A stretch of DNA of 64,000 nt, taken from NCBI GenBank assembly GCA_021786095.1, contig JAJYNX010000098.1:448-64447 (forward strand), read 5' to 3'. Below the pieces are notes generated by a model. The model had not been told where the DNA came from and searched no databases. It worked only from the letters and a program-made list of their open reading frames with translations. Origin of the DNA: Actinomycetes bacterium (GTDB lineage: Bacteria > Actinomycetota > Acidimicrobiia > Acidimicrobiales > RAAP-2). Shown here piece by piece: positions 48,256 to 59,552 of this stretch; position 1 is the stretch's first letter; the number at the start of each line of letters is the position of its first letter. The position numbers were made by a program, and so were the translations under genes.

Positions 48256-49407
48256 ATGAGCTGGGTCGACCTCGTGGTGGTGGTGCTGGTGGCCCTGGGC
48301 GTGTGGCGCGGGTACGTCCACGGCGCGCTGCGTCAGATTGGCGGGTTCGCGGGCTTCGTCGCCGGTTTCTACGTCGGCGCGCGCGCGGCACCGGCACTCT
48401 CGACCAGCGTGACCAACTCCGGGTGGCGCCCGCTGGTGGCCCTCGGCATCGTGCTGGTGGCGGCGGTGGCTGGATCCGCACTGGGTCGCGCCCTGGGGTC
48501 CGTGCTCGGCCGCGCGCTGCGCGAGCTGCACGTGGGCCTGGTGGACCGCGTGGCGGGGGCGGTGGTCGGTGGCCTCGGTACGGCGATCGCGTGCTGGATG
48601 GCGGCGGGCCTGTTGAGCGCGACGAGCTGGGGCTCGCTGGCTCCGGCAATCCAGAGCTCCGTCGCGCTGCGCACGCTCAACGCGGTGATGCCACCGGTGC
48701 CCGCCTTCGAGGCTCGGGTGCAGGCGCTCCTTCGTGGAGTGGACTTCCCCAACGTGTTCGCCAACCTGATCGCACCGGCCACGCTCGCCCCCCCGTCCGG
48801 CTCTCTGGGCCCGTCGGTGGCCAACCTGGCGGGGCCCTCGTCGGTGCAGAAGGTCCTGGCGACGGGCTGTGCGAGTGGCCGCGAGGGAACCGCCTTCTTC
48901 GTCGGGCCCCAGCGGGCGATCACCAACGCGCACGTGGTCGCGGGTGCGCGGCGCGTCACCGTCGGAGGCGTGCGGGCTCGCGTGATCGGCTTTGACCCCC
49001 GCGACGATCTCGCCGTGCTCGCCCCGCTCTCTCGCCAGTCGTCGTGGCTGCACCTCTCGGCGGCGACGCCGGCGCCGGGGACGTCCGCCCAAGTCGTGGG
49101 CTTCCCGCTCGACGCCTCGCGCACCGGCACGCCCGCCGAGGTGTTGGGCGAGGTGTCGACGCTGAGCCGCACCATCTACAACCAGGGCCTCTTCACTCGC
49201 ACGCTGATCGTGGTGGGTGCGCGGGTCGAGCCCGGTAACTCGGGTAGCCCACTGCTGATCGGGCGTGCGGTGTCGGGCGTGATCGTCTCCAAGTCGGTGT
49301 CCTCGCCCGAAACCGCCTACGCCATCCCGGCGGGGGCGGTGGCGCGCGAACTGGCGCGCGTCACCGCCCCCGCTCCGGCCGTGTCGACCGAGGCCTGTCT
49401 CCCCTGA
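48256..49407 (+). CDS. marP: MarP-family membrane serine protease (CvpA-like TM domain plus trypsin domain)
   Basis: Four TM helices, TNAHVVAG, DDLAVL, VEPGNSGSPL. Confidence 0.85.
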   Translation: MSWVDLVVVVLVALGVWRGYVHGALRQIGGFAGFVAGFYVGARAAPALSTSVTNSGWRPLVALGIVLVAAVAGSALGRALGSVLGRALRELHVGLVDRVAGAVVGGLGTAIACWMAAGLLSATSWGSLAPAIQSSVALRTLNAVMPPVPAFEARVQALLRGVDFPNVFANLIAPATLAPPSGSLGPSVANLAGPSSVQKVLATGCASGREGTAFFVGPQRAITNAHVVAGARRVTVGGVRARVIGFDPRDDLAVLAPLSRQSSWLHLSAATPAPGTSAQVVGFPLDASRTGTPAEVLGEVSTLSRTIYNQGLFTRTLIVVGARVEPGNSGSPLLIGRAVSGVIVSKSVSSPETAYAIPAGAVARELARVTAPAPAVSTEACLP

Positions 49408-49421
49408 GGTCGGTCGGTCGC

Positions 49422-50756
49422 CTAGCTGGCGGCGCGCACGGCGCTGGCGAACACGCTCATGGCGTCGGCCAGCTGCTCGTCGCTGATCACCAGCGGTGGC
49501 AGGAGCCGGATCACGTTGCCGAACGTGCCGCACGACAGGGCGATCACGCCGCGCTCGTTGCAGTAGTTGACGATGGACTTGGCTGCCGCGGCATTGGGGA
49601 TCTTGGTGCCGGGCTGGACCAGCTCGAAGGCGACCATGGCCCCGCGACCGCGAACGTCACCGATGATCGCGACGTCCTGGGCCAGTGAACGCAGTGAGCT
49701 GAGCATGGTCTCGCCCAGGGCCCGCGCGCGCGTCGGGAGGTCCCGGTCGCGCATCGTGCGGATGGTGGCCAGGGCCGCGGCCGCGGCCACGGGGTTACCA
49801 CCGTAGGTCCCGCCGAGTCCGCCCTCGTGCACGGCGTTCATGAGCTCCGCCCGGCCGGTGACGGCCGACAGCGGCATGCCACCGGCCAATCCCTTGGCGG
49901 TGGTGACCAGGTCGGGGATCACGCCCTCGTGATTGACGGCGAACCAGTCCCCGCTGCGACAGAAGCCGCTCTGGATCTCGTCGGCGATGAAGACCACGCC
50001 GTTGCGGGTCGTCCACTCGGAGAGCGCGGGCAGGAATCCCTCGGCCGGCACCACGAAGCCGCCCTCGCCCTGGATGGGCTCGATGAGCAGCGCCGCGACG
50101 TTGTGGGCTCCGACCTGGGTCTCGATCTCGGCGATCGCACGCGCGGCGGCCTCGGCGCCGCTGAGACCGTCGAGGAACGGGTAGCTCATCGGGACGCGGT
50201 AGACCTCCGGGGCGAAGGGCCCGAAGCGGTCCTTGTAGGGCATGTTCTTCGCCGTGAGCGCCATGGTGAGGTTGGTGCGGCCGTGGTACGCGTGGTCGAA
50301 CACGATGACGGCACTGCGCCCCGTGGCCAGGCGGGCCACCTTGACGGCGTTCTCGACCGCCTCGGCCCCGGAGTTGAAGAGCGCCGAGGTCTTGGGGAAG
50401 TCACCGGGCGTCAGGGCCGCGAGCTCCTCGCACACCTCCACGTAGCTCTCGTAGGGCGTGACCATGAAGCAGGTGTGGGTGAACGCGGCGACCTGAGCGC
50501 TCACCGCGTCCACGATCTCGGGCACGGCGTGGCCGACCGAGATGACCGCGATGCCCGATCCCATGTCGAGCAGGTGGTTGCCGTCGACGTCCTCGAGGAT
50601 GGCGCCTTCGGCGCGCGCGATGTAGACGGGGAACCCGGTGGAGAGTCCGGAGCTGACCACGGCGCCGCGCCGCTCGTGCAGCGCTCGCGACTTGGGTCCA
50701 GGCAACTCGGTGACCAACTTGCGTTCGGTACCCAGTGACGAGTGGAGAGAGACCAC
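49422..50756 (-). CDS. gabT: 4-aminobutyrate aminotransferase
   Basis: RBS AAAGGAG; FTHTCFMV, NSGAEAVENAVK, EPIQGEGGF, ADEIQSG, TAKGLAGG, GGTYGGNP. Confidence 0.93.
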   Translation of the reverse strand: MVSLHSSLGTERKLVTELPGPKSRALHERRGAVVSSGLSTGFPVYIARAEGAILEDVDGNHLLDMGSGIAVISVGHAVPEIVDAVSAQVAAFTHTCFMVTPYESYVEVCEELAALTPGDFPKTSALFNSGAEAVENAVKVARLATGRSAVIVFDHAYHGRTNLTMALTAKNMPYKDRFGPFAPEVYRVPMSYPFLDGLSGAEAAARAIAEIETQVGAHNVAALLIEPIQGEGGFVVPAEGFLPALSEWTTRNGVVFIADEIQSGFCRSGDWFAVNHEGVIPDLVTTAKGLAGGMPLSAVTGRAELMNAVHEGGLGGTYGGNPVAAAAALATIRTMRDRDLPTRARALGETMLSSLRSLAQDVAIIGDVRGRGAMVAFELVQPGTKIPNAAAAKSIVNYCNERGVIALSCGTFGNVIRLLPPLVISDEQLADAMSVFASAVRAAS

Positions 50757-50840
50757 GGTGACTCCTTTGGACGACGACGCTGGCGACCGCCAGACAGTGC
50801 CCAGCGTACTTCGTCGCGTGGGGAACTCCCCCGGCGACGA

Positions 50841-50875
50841 CGAGACCGCGGGTGAGGGGATCACCCGCGGTCTCG
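50841..50875 (-). terminator. Hairpin directly after tRNA-Ser
   Basis: CGAGACCGCGGGTGA-gggga-TCACCCGCGGTCTCG perfect 15-bp stem. Confidence 0.75.
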
Positions 50876-50876
50876 G

Positions 50877-50964
50877 TGGCGGAGGAGGTGGGATTTGAAC
50901 CCACGGTGCCCGTAGACACAGCAGTTTTCGAGACTGCCCGATTCGGCCGCTCTCGCACCCCTCC
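50877..50964 (-). tRNA. tRNA-Ser (CGA), CCA encoded
   Basis: GGAGGGG/CTCCTCC stem, CT-CGA-AA loop, long variable arm, GGTTCAAATCC. Confidence 0.94.
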
Positions 50965-51027
50965 GCGAAGGAGTCTACCGTTGGCGCAGACGCCGCGACG
51001 CCGCGGTGGTGAGCGCGGAGGTAGCCG

Positions 51028-51507
51028 GTGTTCGAGGGTGACGAGGGCTTCATGGCGCGGGCGCTCGCGGTCGCGCGTCGCGCACCCGCGCACGACGACG
51101 TTCCCGTGGGCTGTGTGGTGGTGGTGGACGGGCGGGTGGTGGGCGAGGGCGAGAATCGTCGGGAGGTCGACGGCGACCCCACCGCCCACGCCGAGATGGT
51201 CGCGCTGCGCGCCGCGGCGGCGGCGCGCAGCGGCTGGCGCCTCGACGACGCCACCGTCTACGTGACCCTGGAGCCCTGCGCGATGTGCGCCGGAGCCCTA
51301 CTGGCGGCGCGGGTGAGCCGACTCGTGGTGGGCGCGCTGGACCCCAAGGCGGGGGCCGCGGGGTCGCGCTACAACCTGCTGAGTGACCCTCGCCTGTTGC
51401 ACGAGGTGTCGCTCACCTACGAGGTGCGCGCCGAGGAGAGCGCCGCGCTGCTGCGCGACTTCTTCGCGCCGCGCCGCGGCGTGGGTCAGGCGTCGGCGAG
51501 CGGGTAG
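51028..51507 (+). CDS. tadA: tRNA adenosine(34) deaminase
   Basis: DVPVGCVVV, TAHAEM, VTLEPCAMCAGA, DPKAGA. Confidence 0.9.
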   Translation: MFEGDEGFMARALAVARRAPAHDDVPVGCVVVVDGRVVGEGENRREVDGDPTAHAEMVALRAAAAARSGWRLDDATVYVTLEPCAMCAGALLAARVSRLVVGALDPKAGAAGSRYNLLSDPRLLHEVSLTYEVRAEESAALLRDFFAPRRGVGQASASG

Positions 51508-52922
51508 GCGGTCGGGTCCTCGTCGAAGCGCTGCGCGCAGGCGACGTTGCAGAACCAGACGTCGTGGCCCTCGTAGACGCGGTGGTCCGCGGCGGTGGCC
51601 GGGTCCACGCTCATGTGGCAGACGGGGTCGAGCGCGGGGGCGTCATCCCCGGGCTGGGGGGAGGCCCCGGGGGACACGAAGCGCTCGGGGTTCGCCTCGA
51701 AGCGCTCGCGGCACCGCGGCGAGCAGAAGTAGTAAGTCGTCCCCTGGTAGGTGCTCTGGGCCGGCGCGTCGGCGACGCGCACCTGCATCGCGCACACCAC
51801 GTCGTGGGCGAAGCCCGCTCCGGCGCCGAAGCGCTCGCCGTGGCGGGCCAGCCACCACACGCCCAGTGCGAGGGCGAGGAAGACGAGGTTCAGGTAGGTG
51901 GTGTAGTTCCACGAGAAGTGCGCACTGGCGACCGTGACCGCCCGGGTGCGCGGGACGGCGTGGAACAGCGTGAAGATCCCCTCGGTGGCCAGTCCGGCGA
52001 CCGCCATGACCGCATAGAAGACGAGGACCATGCGAGCCGTGAGTCGCCAGCCGTAGAACTTGCGGTAGATGAGGATCAGTGGCATGGAGATCAAGTCGGC
52101 GAAGATGAAGGCGATGACGCCGCCGAAGGCGATGCCCCCGGACCACAGGGCGGCGGCGAGGGGCACGTTACCGATCGAGCAGACCCAACTGAGCATCGCG
52201 ATGATCGGACCGACGAGCGCGTTCTCGACGCTGGTGCCCACCCCGTGGCCGTGCCAGAACAGGTCGTTCCACAGGTGGGTGGGCACGATCGCCGTGAGCA
52301 GTCCGGCGACGCCGTAGCCGATGGCCAACTCCTTGCGCAGCATCGTGGCGTCGGCGAGGGCGTATCGCGAGGCGTCGGCCCAGCCGGCCAGCGAGCGGAT
52401 CGACGAGGTCGTCTCGTCGGTGTCGCCCGCGACTCCCGTCGCGCACGCGCGGTCGACCACGGCGGTCTCGTCGACGTCGGCGACCGGTCGCCGACGCACG
52501 ACGGTGAAGACGACGCCTCCGACGAGGGCGAGCAGGATGATCATGATCGGCCCGCCTACGAACTCGGCCACCGCGAACTGCCAGCCCAGTAGTACCAGCA
52601 TCACGATGCCCAGTTCGATCACCAGGTTGGTCGAGGCGATCATGAAGATCATGGCGCTGGTGAAGTCGGCGCCCTTGCGCACGATCGAGTGAGTCATCGC
52701 GGATGCCGCGTAGGAGCAGCTCGACGACACCATGCCGAAGAACGACGCGCGCGCCACCGCGCGGGGCCCGTGGTCGCCGAGGCGGGCCTGCATCTGCTCG
52801 CGCGACACGAAGGCCTGCACGGCGCCGGACAGGGTGAATCCCAGGACCAGCGCCCACGCGGTCTCCCAGAACATGAACAGCCCCTCGCGCAGGCCGCGAC
52901 CGATGTCGACGAGGACGATCAC
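51486..52922 (-). CDS. DUF318/ArsP-like permease fused to two YHS domains
   Basis: SSCSYAA and WVCSIGNVP in the TM part; DVVCAMQV...YYFCSPRC and DPVCHMSV...VWFCNVAC. Confidence 0.85.
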   Translation of the reverse strand: MIVLVDIGRGLREGLFMFWETAWALVLGFTLSGAVQAFVSREQMQARLGDHGPRAVARASFFGMVSSSCSYAASAMTHSIVRKGADFTSAMIFMIASTNLVIELGIVMLVLLGWQFAVAEFVGGPIMIILLALVGGVVFTVVRRRPVADVDETAVVDRACATGVAGDTDETTSSIRSLAGWADASRYALADATMLRKELAIGYGVAGLLTAIVPTHLWNDLFWHGHGVGTSVENALVGPIIAMLSWVCSIGNVPLAAALWSGGIAFGGVIAFIFADLISMPLILIYRKFYGWRLTARMVLVFYAVMAVAGLATEGIFTLFHAVPRTRAVTVASAHFSWNYTTYLNLVFLALALGVWWLARHGERFGAGAGFAHDVVCAMQVRVADAPAQSTYQGTTYYFCSPRCRERFEANPERFVSPGASPQPGDDAPALDPVCHMSVDPATAADHRVYEGHDVWFCNVACAQRFDEDPTAYPLADA

Positions 52923-53245
52923 GAGCGAACCAGTCGGGCGATAGCGGCCGACGCCTCACGCAACTTGCGGTCCTTCTCCTCGCCGCCCGCCTCGACGGCG
53001 TGCACGACGCAGTGGGCGAGGTGGTCGTCGAGCAGGGACAGCGCGACGCCCTGGAGAGCCCGCGTCACCGCCGAGACCTGCTGGAGCACGTCGATGCAGT
53101 AGCGCTCCTGTTCAACCATGGCGTGGATCCCGCGAACCTGCCCCTCGATGCGGCGCAGCCGCGCGAGGATCGCGCGCTGGTCGACGAGGTAGCCCGGAGG
53201 GGCCGTGGTCGGCGACACGTCACAGTGCTCGGGGCTGTCTCCCAT
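52919..53245 (-). CDS. csoR: CsoR-family metal-sensing repressor
   Basis: RLRRIEGQVRGI, RYCIDVLQQ, HLAHCV (Cys-His-Cys ligand set). Confidence 0.9.
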   Translation of the reverse strand: MGDSPEHCDVSPTTAPPGYLVDQRAILARLRRIEGQVRGIHAMVEQERYCIDVLQQVSAVTRALQGVALSLLDDHLAHCVVHAVEAGGEEKDRKLREASAAIARLVRS

Positions 53246-53261
53246 ACTCCCGGGGAGTATA
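53244..53261 (-). promoter_or_regulatory. CsoR operator overlapping a -10 box
   Basis: ATACTCCC-G-GGGAGTAT palindrome; minus-strand TATACT at 53261-53256 about 10 nt before the csoR ATG. Confidence 0.75.
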
Positions 53262-53268
53262 GCGCGAC

Positions 53269-53298
53269 CCCGATCCCGATCCCGATCCCGATCCCGAC
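53269..53298. repeat. (CCCGAT)4 CCCGAC hexamer tract in the csoR promoter
   Basis: Read directly from the sequence. Confidence 0.9.
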
Positions 53299-53326
53299 TC
53301 CGCTCGTGGTCGGGTCGGACGCGGCG

Positions 53327-54931
53327 TCACGCGCGGCTCGACCCCCTTGCGGCGACGGGGATGGACTGGGCGAAGGCGAAGTGGTTCTGCGGGTCGTAGC
53401 GACCCTTGACCGCCATCAGGCGCTCGAGGTTGGATCCGTAGTACGCCGTCGGCCACGAGACGAGAGTCGGGTCGATGTAGTTCTGGTAGGCGCCGGTGGT
53501 CGGATCGAAGACGTCGGCCCCCAGCCAGGCGAGCCACCGCTCTCCCGCGCGTCGCTCGCGCGGTGCGGTCCAGGTCGACCACGAGTACGTGGCCTGGATG
53601 CAAGCCAGCGCGTCGCGGTGCACGAAGGCCGTGGCCTGCGGGGCCACCGCGTTGATGGCGCCACCGTAGGCGTCCAGGGCCAGACCGCCGCCCACGCTTG
53701 GCGCGTCGCGCCCCAGGCGCGCCACCGCGGCGACCATCGCCGCGGCCCGCTCGCTCGTCATGGGCCGGTCGACGTAGCTCGACTTGGCCGAGTACGCCGA
53801 GCGGTGCAGGGCCCCGTGCGGGTTGCGCGAGTGGAGGTGGCAGGCGGCGACGCTCAGTGCGGCGCACCCCGCCTCGACGGCCATCGCGGCGAGGTACTCG
53901 CTCGAGCCCACGAAGCGTTCGCTGGGTGGCGGCGCGGCGCGCTCGAGCCCGGCGAGGAGGCCGTCGAGGGTGGAGGGGGGGCCACAGTAGACGCCACTGA
54001 CCTGCGCCAGGAAGCCGTACCCGCCCTGGGAGAGCAGCTGGCAGTTCGACCAGAGCTCGTCGGGGGCGCTCGCCGCCCAGGGGAGCCACGCCTCGAGCAT
54101 CGCGGAGGCCGCCGACCATGGATAGCGCCACTCGAACAGGGTGATCTCGGGCAGGGGGTGGACGGTGAACTCGAACGAGGTCGCGACGCCGTAGTTGCCG
54201 CCGCCGCCGCCTCGCGACGCCCACAGCAGGTCGGCGTGGTGCTCGGCGCTCGCGGTGATCTCGTGCGCGTCGCTCGTCACGAGTTGCAGTGCTCGGAGGT
54301 TGTCGCACGTCAGGCCGTAGCGTCGCGAGAACACGCCGACGCCGCCGCCCAGCGCCAGCCCCGCGATGCCCACGGTGGGACAGGACCCGCCGGGCAGCAG
54401 GCGGCCGTGCCGACCCAGGGCGTTGTAGACGTCGATGAGCGCGGCGCCCGCGCCGACCGTGGCGACGTTGGTGGTGGTATCGACCGAGATCGAGGACAGT
54501 CGACTGACGTCGATCACGAGTCCGGAGCAGCTCGAGTACCCGCCGTAGCTGTGCCCGCCCGAGCGCGCGGCCATCGCGATCTCGTGCGACGTGGCGAAGT
54601 CCACGCAGCGCGCTACGTCATCGGCGTTGGCACAGTACGCGATGGCCTGGGGGTGCAGGTTGACGAACTTGGCGTTGTAGAGCAGGGCGTCGACGGCGTA
54701 GGCGCTGTCGTCGGGGCGGATCAGCGCACCGGAGAGTGACGCGGCGAGGCCGGCCCAGGCCGACGTCGTCGGCGGGCCGAGCGTCGTCGTCGTGGTCGCG
54801 GTCGGATGACGCGTCACGACGTCGCCCTCCCCCAGCGCGGTCGCGGCGAGGACTGCTCCGGCGACCGTCGTGCCGATCTGGAGGCTGCGGCGAAGCAGCG
54901 TCCGGCGATCGAGCGGAGAGGAGCGGCTCAC
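53327..54931 (-). CDS. Tat-exported FAD-linked oxidase (berberine bridge enzyme-like)
   Basis: RRTLLRR signal, ARSGGHSYGG, GSCPTVGIAG, GGGGGNYG, AYQNYID...YYGSN...KGRYDPQNHF. Confidence 0.92.
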   Translation of the reverse strand: MSRSSPLDRRTLLRRSLQIGTTVAGAVLAATALGEGDVVTRHPTATTTTTLGPPTTSAWAGLAASLSGALIRPDDSAYAVDALLYNAKFVNLHPQAIAYCANADDVARCVDFATSHEIAMAARSGGHSYGGYSSCSGLVIDVSRLSSISVDTTTNVATVGAGAALIDVYNALGRHGRLLPGGSCPTVGIAGLALGGGVGVFSRRYGLTCDNLRALQLVTSDAHEITASAEHHADLLWASRGGGGGNYGVATSFEFTVHPLPEITLFEWRYPWSAASAMLEAWLPWAASAPDELWSNCQLLSQGGYGFLAQVSGVYCGPPSTLDGLLAGLERAAPPPSERFVGSSEYLAAMAVEAGCAALSVAACHLHSRNPHGALHRSAYSAKSSYVDRPMTSERAAAMVAAVARLGRDAPSVGGGLALDAYGGAINAVAPQATAFVHRDALACIQATYSWSTWTAPRERRAGERWLAWLGADVFDPTTGAYQNYIDPTLVSWPTAYYGSNLERLMAVKGRYDPQNHFAFAQSIPVAARGSSRA

Positions 54932-55015
54932 GTGGCGACGCTACCGGTCACGACTCGCGTACGCGGATCGGGCGGCGTCGACGGCGTGGGGGGCCGACGA
55001 CGACCGGGCCGAGCG

Positions 55016-56482
55016 TCAGGGGTGCGAGTCCGCGGCGGCGGGCCGAAGCCCGGTGGGCCAGCGGCCCGGCCGCCCGGGCTCGAGGAGCAGGTCGGTGAAC
55101 TGGCGATCGAGATGCTCCTGGCGCCACACGAGCATCTCCTGGGCGGCGCGCAGGACCCGTGACGCGTCAGTGCACTCCGTGCGCCAGGTCGGGTCGAGAC
55201 CCAGGTCGTAGCAGCGATACGAGCCGTCCGCGAACTGGACGTAGGCGAGGTTCTCGCTCACGGTGACCGCTAGGTTACGCCGCGAGAGCGACCGGTCGAA
55301 GGGCCACGGCGTCGCCGCTTCGGCGATGAAGTGGGCCCGGTAGTCCCACTCGTAGTGGGCGCTCGAGCGCCACTCGACCTCCTCGCCGGTCAGTAGCGGT
55401 GTCAGGACGCGCCCGTCGAACTGGGCCGGAATCTCGGCGCCGAGCGCGTCAGCCAGGGTCGGGGCCAGGTCCACGTTCTCGGTGAAGCGCTCGACCACCC
55501 GACCGCCCTCGTTCAGTCGTGGGTCCCTCCAGATTCCCAGGATGTGGTAGCTCTGGGGGAAGAAGCCGAGCTTCTGGATCAGGCCGTGGTCGCCCAGCTG
55601 GTCGCCGTGGTCCGAGGTCACCACGACGAGGGTGTCCGCCCACTCGCCGCGGGTCTCGATCGCGTCGACGACGCGCGCCAGGTTGGCGTCCACCTCGCTG
55701 ATCATGCCGTAGTACTGGGCGCGCAGCTGTCGTAGCGCCGCCTCCTCGCGCGGCGCCGCGCTGGCGTGCACACCGAGGGCCATCTCGTGTAGCGGGTGGC
55801 GCTGGTCGGACTCGACCGGTTCTATCGGCATCGACACGTCGGCGGGGTCGTAGAGCGTGGCGTACTCGCCGGCCGCGGCGTAGGGGGGGTGCGGACGCAG
55901 GTAGCTGAGGTGGGCGAACCACCCGGGCTCCTGTCCGGCGAGCCACTCGACGAACTTGGTGGTGAGGAAGCTCGTCAGTGAGGCGTCGGCGGGTCGCTCC
56001 GGCTCGCCGCGCAGCGCGGCCGCCCAGCCGTAGGGGACGTCGTAGCCCCGGTCGCGTAGGTACTCCACCCAGGTCGCCTGGCTCTCGGGCAGGTAGTGGC
56101 CGACAGCGAAGCCGGGCAGCACGCCGTCGTAGCTGTCGAGGCGCGGGTCGTCGAACCCGTCGGCCTGGAACGGGTCGATCCCTTGGTCGGTGTAGCCGAA
56201 AAGCGTCGGTACGTAGTGGGCGCGTCGCGCCAGCGTGGCGATGTTGTCGAAGCGCGCGGCGAGGGGAGTGCCGTTGGCCACGACGCGGTTGTTCATCTGG
56301 TAGGTCCCGGTGTAGAGCGCGGCTCGTCCGGGTGAGCAGGGTGCGGCCTGCGAGTAGTGGCGCGCGAGACGAACGCCCTCGCGGGCGATCCGGTCGAGCG
56401 TGGGCGTCGCCACGAGATGGTGGCCCGCAGCGCCCCAGGAGTCGCCGCGAAACTGGTCGAGGGTGATGAAGAGGACGTTCAC
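55016..56482 (-). CDS. Sulfatase-superfamily hydrolase, phosphonate monoester hydrolase-like
   Basis: NVLFITLDQFRGD, APCSPGRAALYTGTYQMNNRV, YLRPHPP, TSDHGDQLGDH. Confidence 0.88.
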   Translation of the reverse strand: MNVLFITLDQFRGDSWGAAGHHLVATPTLDRIAREGVRLARHYSQAAPCSPGRAALYTGTYQMNNRVVANGTPLAARFDNIATLARRAHYVPTLFGYTDQGIDPFQADGFDDPRLDSYDGVLPGFAVGHYLPESQATWVEYLRDRGYDVPYGWAAALRGEPERPADASLTSFLTTKFVEWLAGQEPGWFAHLSYLRPHPPYAAAGEYATLYDPADVSMPIEPVESDQRHPLHEMALGVHASAAPREEAALRQLRAQYYGMISEVDANLARVVDAIETRGEWADTLVVVTSDHGDQLGDHGLIQKLGFFPQSYHILGIWRDPRLNEGGRVVERFTENVDLAPTLADALGAEIPAQFDGRVLTPLLTGEEVEWRSSAHYEWDYRAHFIAEAATPWPFDRSLSRRNLAVTVSENLAYVQFADGSYRCYDLGLDPTWRTECTDASRVLRAAQEMLVWRQEHLDRQFTDLLLEPGRPGRWPTGLRPAAADSHP

Positions 56483-56717
56483 GGCGCGGCCTCCCTGCTG
56501 CCTGGCTCTTTGGAGACGCTTGACTGGCGATGCTAGCGGCCGGCAGGCGGGATTCGGACGACCGTTCTCGACCGAGTGCTGCTGGCCGGAGGAATTGTGG
56601 TGCGTCGAACCGGTCTCGATGGGGCTCGGGTGGCCGCTGGTGTGGCGAGCACGTTCCCGTGACGAGGCGGTCGGACGCCGTCGGGGGCACTGGTCACTGG
56701 TGGGAGTGGCCCCGCGG

Positions 56718-58001
<1,284 letters not shown>

Positions 58002-58215
58002 CGGATGAAGCGTAGGTCTCCAGTTGATCGTGCGCGTGGCGTCTCAACCCGGGGGCGCTGCGCGAAAGTCTCGTGCGCCGACCGCCCAACGGACCGTCGT
58101 CAGCACCCCGTCGACCACGCCAGACGTCGTCGTGTACTCGCGACGACGATGGTGATCGCGCCAGAAACCGTCGACGAGTCGCGGCGCGTTCGTGACGCGA
58201 GCTTCGTGACGTGAG

Positions 58216-58881
58216 TCACACGAGGCTCTTGGCGGCGTTGAGCAGCCCGGGCATCGTGGACGAGGGCGACCCGTTCACGTAGACGATCCTGCCTGCCGCG
58301 TTGATCAGGTAGTAGATGTCGAGATAGGCGCGCGGGTTGTACGTACGGGTGAGGGCGGACGATGCCTCGCCGAAGGTCCAGTCGGGGTTGGCGAAGGCGT
58401 GGCCGGCAAGGGATTTCGCAAAGGTCTCCATCGTGGGGCCCGATTGGCCGAAGTCGGCGTAGTTCTCCACCTCGACAACCCGCACACCGTCGGCGGACAA
58501 CGCGGCGATGTTCTGCGCCATCGTCTGCGTGCCGGCCTCGCACGAAGAGCACCAGGTCGTCACGAACCAGATCAGTGCGGGGCGACCGCGCAATGACGCC
58601 ACGGACGTCGTTGCGCCAGAGAGCGTGATGGCGGTTCCGTTTGGTGCGACGGCGCCGACCGGGAGCGATACACCCGTCGACCCCGACGTGGTACCGGCTG
58701 ATGCCGAACTCGAAGCGCTGTTCACCACGTGCAACGTGAGAATCATTGCGATGAGCGCGACGACCAGAGCGACGCTGGCGCTGATGAGGAGTCGGTTTCG
58801 ACGGTGTCGCCGTGCCGCCGCTCTGCGTCGGGTCTCCCCGTGGGGTCGTGGCGGACGCTGGCTGGTGGATGGGGTGTTCAT
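58216..58881 (-). CDS. Membrane-anchored redoxin (TlpA-like)
   Basis: Arg-rich N-terminus plus TM, WFVTTWCSSCEAG, YYLINAAGRI. Confidence 0.85.
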   Translation of the reverse strand: MNTPSTSQRPPRPHGETRRRAAARRHRRNRLLISASVALVVALIAMILTLHVVNSASSSASAGTTSGSTGVSLPVGAVAPNGTAITLSGATTSVASLRGRPALIWFVTTWCSSCEAGTQTMAQNIAALSADGVRVVEVENYADFGQSGPTMETFAKSLAGHAFANPDWTFGEASSALTRTYNPRAYLDIYYLINAAGRIVYVNGSPSSTMPGLLNAAKSLV

Positions 58882-59552
58882 CGCGGAGTTTTCTCCTTGG
58901 GTAGTGGCCGTTCGGCGTGAGGCGGGTCACTGCGTGGAACCTGCAGGTCGGCTTGTGCGTCACCGCTAGCGGACGTCGTACCCTCTGTCGTGTCGACGGC
59001 GCATCCCTCGCCGGTGAAGCACCGAGAGTGCGTCAGCTTGCGTAGTCCCCACCAGCCCATGATGGCGAGAAGCGCCAGACTCGCCGAGAGAATCTCCGAC
59101 TGGTGAACGGCGAAGAAGTGTTGCACGGCGCCCGTCGTTGAGTACAGACCCACCCCCGACACTCCGACAAAGGCGAGGAGTGAGGGGACCATGGGAGTGC
59201 AGCACAGGAAACTCGGCAGAAGGCTCATGATGAACGCCGCTCCGCTTGCCGCACCGGTGGCCACTCGAGCGGACACGATCTGGCGCATTGCGTAGACCTG
59301 GATGCTTAAGACGAGACCCATGGCGACACCGAGCGCGAGGGCCCACACCAGTAGATGGGGGGAGAGGTAGTTCCAGTTGGCGAACTCGAAGCGTTGCGTG
59401 TAGTCGAAGGGGAGAAGCAGGGTGTAGAAGAACGCCACGACGCCCGATGCGGTCACGAAGCCAGCGATCCGCCCGGGCGAGCCCAGAACCTCGGCGAGCA
59501 CCCGAGGCATGGGCGCACGCGCGCATTCGGTCGGCGTCTCAGTCGTGCTCAT
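58878..59552 (-). CDS. Four-TM membrane protein with an intramembrane Cys-Cys pair
   Basis: SFLCCTP in TM3, C-terminal CFTGEGC. Confidence 0.7.
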   Translation of the reverse strand: MSTTETPTECARAPMPRVLAEVLGSPGRIAGFVTASGVVAFFYTLLLPFDYTQRFEFANWNYLSPHLLVWALALGVAMGLVLSIQVYAMRQIVSARVATGAASGAAFIMSLLPSFLCCTPMVPSLLAFVGVSGVGLYSTTGAVQHFFAVHQSEILSASLALLAIMGWWGLRKLTHSRCFTGEGCAVDTTEGTTSASGDAQADLQVPRSDPPHAERPLPKEKTPR

